Positions 59,901-64,000 of a DNA stretch of 64,000 bases are shown piece by piece. The notes below the pieces were generated by a model that worked only from the letters and a program-made list of their open reading frames with translations, made no database searches and was not told the origin of the DNA. This DNA is from the human T2T-CHM13v2.0 reference genome, Homo sapiens: the NCBI RefSeq assembly GCF_009914755.1, contig NC_060940.1; one strand, written 5' to 3'. Made by a program: the position numbers and the translations under genes. The number at the start of each line of letters is the position of its first letter. Position 1 is the first letter of the stretch.

Positions 59901-62900
59901 ATTCCATTCGATGATGATTCCATTCGAGTCCATTCGATGATTTCATTCGAGTACATCCAATGATTCCATTCGAGTCCATTAGATGATTCCATTTGATTCC
60001 ATTTGAAAATGATTCTACTAGAGTCCATTCAATGACTCCATTCGAGTCCATTCAACAATTCCATTCGACTCCATTCGATGATTCCATTCGATTCCATTTG
60101 ATGGTTCCATTCGAGTCCATTTAATCATTACAGTCGAGTCCATTTGTTGATTCCACTGGATTTCTTTTGATAATGATACCATTCAATTACATTTGATGAT
60201 GATCCCATTCAATTTCATTTGATGATGATTCCATTAGAGTCCATTCGATGATTTCATTCGAGTCCCTTCATTGATTCCATCCGATTTCATTGGATGATGA
60301 CTCCATTCGAGTCCATTCGATGATTCCACTCGATTCCATTAGATGACTCCATTGGAGTCCATTTGATTGTTCCATTCGATTCCATTCGATTCCTTTCGAA
60401 GATTATTCCATTTGAGTCCATTCGATGATGATTCCATTCCATTCCATTCGATGATTCCGTTTGATTCCATTCGATGATTCCCTTCGATTCCTTTCTTTGA
60501 TGATTCCATTCCATTCCATTCAATGATTCCATTCGAATCTATTCCATGATGATTCCTTTCGATTCCATTCGCTGATGTTTCCGTTCAATTCCATTCGATG
60601 ATGATTCCATTCGATTCCATTCATTGAGGATTCCATTTGATTCCATTCAATGATGATTCCATTCTATTCCATTCAATGATTGCATTCAATTCCATTCAAT
60701 GATTATCCCATTAGAGTAAACTCAACGATTCCATTCAATACCATTCAATGATGATTCCTTTTGAGTCCATTCAATGATTTCATTCAAGTCCATTTGATGA
60801 TTCCTTTCAATTCCATTCTATGATGATTCCATTCGAGTCCATTCGATGATTCCATTAGAGTACATTTAATGATTGCTTTGTTTTCAATTCGAAGATGATT
60901 GCATTGGATTCCATTCTATGATACCATTCGATTCCATTCAATGATGATTCCACTCAAATCCATTGGATGATTCCATTCGTGTCCATTCGGTGATTTCATT
61001 AGATTCCATTCGAGGATGATTCCATTCGATTCCATTCGATGATTCCATTCAATTCCATTCGATGATGATTCCATTCCAGTCCATATGATCATTCCATTTG
61101 ATTTCATTCGATGATGATTCCATTCGATTCCATTCGACGATTCCATTCTATTCCATTCGATGATGATTCCATTCGAGTCCATTCGATCAATCCATTCGAG
61201 TCCATTTAATGATTCCATTGGGTTCAATTCAATGATGATTACATTGGATTCCGTTCTATGATTCCATTCAATTCCGTTCATTGACAATTTGATTCCATTC
61301 GATGATGATTCCATTTGAGTTCATTCGATGATTCTATTCGATTCTCTTCGATGGTGATTCAATTCTATTATATTGGATGATTCCATTCGATTCCATTTGA
61401 TGTTGATTCAATTCGATTCTATTCGATGATGATTCCATTGGATTTCACTTGATGATTCTATTCGATTCCATTCAATGATGATTCACTTCTCGTCCATTGG
61501 ATGATTCCATTTCATTCCATTCGATGATGATTCCATTCGATTCCATTCGATGATTCCATTTGATTCCATGCGACGGTGAGCAATTCGATTCAATTCCATG
61601 ATGATTCTATTTGATTCAATTAGATGATGTTTCCATTCGAATCCATTCCATGATTATTCCATTGGAATCCATTCGGCGATGATTCCATATGAGTCAATTC
61701 AATGATGATTCCATATGGGTCCGTTCGATGATAATTCCATTTGATTTCATTCGATGCTTCTATTCTATTCCAGTCGATGATGATTCCGTTGGAGTCCATA
61801 CGATGATTCCATTTGATTTCATTTGATGATGATTCCATTCGATGATGATTACATTGGATTCCATTCTATGATTCCATTCAATTCCATTCGTTGATGATTC
61901 GATTCCCTTCAATGATGATTCCACTTGAGTTCATTCGATGATTCTATTCGATTCCGTTCGATGGAGATTCAATTCTCTTATATTGGATGATTCCACTCGA
62001 TTCCATTTGATGATTATTCCATTGGAGTCCACTTAGTGAATCCTTTAGATTCTACTCGAAGATGATTCCATTCGAGTCCATTCGATGATACCATTCAATT
62101 CCATTCGTTGATGCTTCCATTCAAGTGCATTCGATGATATCATTCGATTCCATTTGATGATAATTCCATTTGATTCCATGCGATGATTCTATTCGATTCC
62201 ATTCAATGATAATTCCATTCAATTCAGTGATTCCTCTGGACTCCATTTGATGATGATTCCATTCAATGATTCCATTCGATTCTATTCGAAAATGATTCCA
62301 TTTGAATCCATTTGATGATGATTCCATTAGATTCCATTTGATGATTCCATTCGATTCCATTCGACGATGATTCCATTCGATTCCGTTTGATGATTCCATT
62401 CTATTCTATTCGATGATGATTCCATTCGATTCCATTCGATGATGATTGGATTCGATTCCATTTGATGATTTCATTTGATTCCATTCGTTAATGATTTCGA
62501 TCAATTCCATTCGATGATTCCATTCGATTCCATTCGATAATGATTACATCCGAGTCCATTCGATGATTCCATTTGAGCCTGTTCGATAATTCCATTTGAG
62601 TCCAACCAATGATTCCATTCATTTCCATTCAATGATTCCATTCGAGTCCATTTGATCATTCCGGTTGGGTCCATTCGATGTTGATTCCATTGGAGTGCAT
62701 TCGATGATTCCATTCGAGTCCATTTTAGGATTTGATTCGAGTCCTTTCGATGATTCCATTCGATTCCACTCGATGATGATTTCATTCGAGTCCATTCGAC
62801 ACTTCCAATCGATTCCATTTGATGATTCCATTCGAGTCCAATTGATGATTCCATTCAATTCCATTCGATGATGATTCCGTACGATTCCATTCTGTGATGA

Positions 62901-62973
62901 TTCCTTGTGATTGCATTCAATGATGATTCCTTTCGATTGCATTCGATTATGATTCATTTCGTGTTCATTCTAT
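56934..62973 (+). repeat. HSat2 nested unit 11, 6040 bp
   Basis: 6102 +10 -72 (~60840) = 6040. Confidence 0.93.
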
Positions 62974-64000
62974 GGTTCCACAGGTTTCCATTCGTGTCCA
63001 TTCCATTATTCCATTCTATTCCATTTGATGATGATTCCATTCGATTCCATTCATTGGTGATTCCACTCAATTCCATTCAATGATTCCATTCCATTTCTTT
63101 CAACAATGATTCCATTAGTTTCTAATCGATGATCCACTTGATTCCATTTGACGACGATTCCATTCTTGTCCATTCGATGATTCCATTTGATTCCATATGA
63201 TGATGATTCCATTCGATTCCATACCATGATGATTCCATTCGAGTCCATTCAATGGTGATTCCATTCAATTCCATTCGATGATTCCTTTTGATTCCATTCG
63301 ATGATGATGGCATTCGATTCCTTTCAATCATTCCCTTTGATTCCATTCAAAGGTGATTTCATTCAAGTCCATTCGATAATTGCATTCGATTCCATTCTAT
63401 GATGATTCCATTCGAGTCCATTTGATGATTCCATTCAATTCAAGTCAATGATGATTCCATTCGATTCCATTCGATGATTCCATTGGATTCCATTCGATGA
63501 TGATTCCATTCAAATCCATTCGATAATTCAATTCAAGTCCATTCGATGATGATTCCAATCGAATCCATTCAAAGATTCCATTCAGTTCCATTCGATGATT
63601 CCCTTAGATTCCATTCGATGATTCCACTTGATTGCATTTACGATGATTCCATTCGATTCCATGTGATGATTCCATTCAATTCTATTCAATGATGTCTCCA
63701 TTTGATTCCATTCGACCATGATTGCCTTTGATTCCATTCAATGATTCCATTCGGTTCCGTTTGATGATGATTCCGTTCGATTCCATTTGATGATTCCATT
63801 TGATTCCATTGGATGAGTCCATTCGATTACATTCGATGATTATTCCATTCGAGTGCATTAGATGATTCCATTCGAGTCCATTCGATGATTCCATTCGATT
63901 CCATTCGATGTTGATTCTGTTCAAATCCATTCGATGATTCCACTCGATTCCATTCGTTGACTCCATTTGATCCCATTCGATGATTTCCTTTGATTCCCTT
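62974..64000 (+). repeat. Partial HSat2 unit 12 (first ~1 kb)
   Basis: Marker at 62974; matches 142-1168 and 40501-41527. Confidence 0.92.

Larger units (their letters stand above)
1..64000 (+). repeat. Human satellite II (HSat2/HSATII) pericentromeric array, probably HSat2B (chr16q11.2-type, ~6.1 kb nested repeat)
   Basis: Entire window is degenerate (ATTCCATTCG)2-(ATG)1-2, e.g. ttccattcgattccattcgatgatgattccattcgagtcc. CATTCGATTC and GATGAT motifs distinguish it from HSat3 (CATTC)n. The CATTC strand is + throughout. The satellite class is certain; subfamily and chromosome are inferred from the ~6.1 kb period. Confidence 0.98.

Noticed and set aside
219-63966. About 150 short minus-strand ORFs (MESSNGIEWNHRM...-type, 60-132 aa)
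   Set aside because: They are direct translations of the GAATG satellite strand, which is ATG-rich and stop-poor. They overlap in several frames, are broken by random SNPs and frameshifting indels between units, and contain no recognisable domain.
1-64000. CRISPR-like repeat/spacer or other prokaryotic system
   Set aside because: There are no unique spacers, no cas or other genes, and no non-satellite sequence; periodicity is continuous tandem satellite.
1-64000. HSat3, alpha satellite or telomeric repeat
   Set aside because: There are no long pure (CATTC)n runs (at most ~3-4 copies), no 171-bp monomers and no TTAGGG arrays; the CATTCGATTC/GATGAT grammar is HSat2. The 170-bp deletion size is 4x23+3x26 and is not evidence of alphoid DNA.
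1-64000. Inversion or strand switch
   Set aside because: No GAATG-oriented tract was seen on the + strand anywhere in the window.

Overview
The whole 64 kb window is one uninterrupted, single-orientation array of human/primate classical satellite II (HSat2: diverged CATTC repeats of the form ATTCCATTCG ATTCCATTCG ATG(ATG), with 23- and 26-bp monomers rich in TaqI/HinfI sites). It is organised as a ~6.1 kb nested tandem repeat, the period reported for the HSat2B array of human 16q11.2 (assignment inferred from period only). I see no genes, RNA genes, transposons or inversions, and every ORF in the supplied track is an artefact of the satellite. I found no new gene system; the interest is structural. 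A unique marker (GGTTCCACAGG at 142, 6244, 12346, 18455, 25489, 29615, 36721, 40501, 44802, 50904, 56934, 62974) gives unit lengths of 6102, 6102, 6109, 7034, 4126, 7106, 3780, 4301, 6102, 6030 and 6040 bp, and each length is fully accounted for by a small set of recurrent indels. The central zone (18-45 kb) is heavily rearranged. It holds a single-copy 1,830 bp 'foreign' HSat2 segment (26800-28629) replacing 3,822 bp of the unit, an 11,160 bp-offset duplication, a 1,869 bp jump-back, and shared 570, 170 and 1,752 bp deletions. Units 1-2 appear to be out-of-register recombinants that restored unit length. All comparisons were made by eye, and breakpoints are ambiguous within microhomologies.
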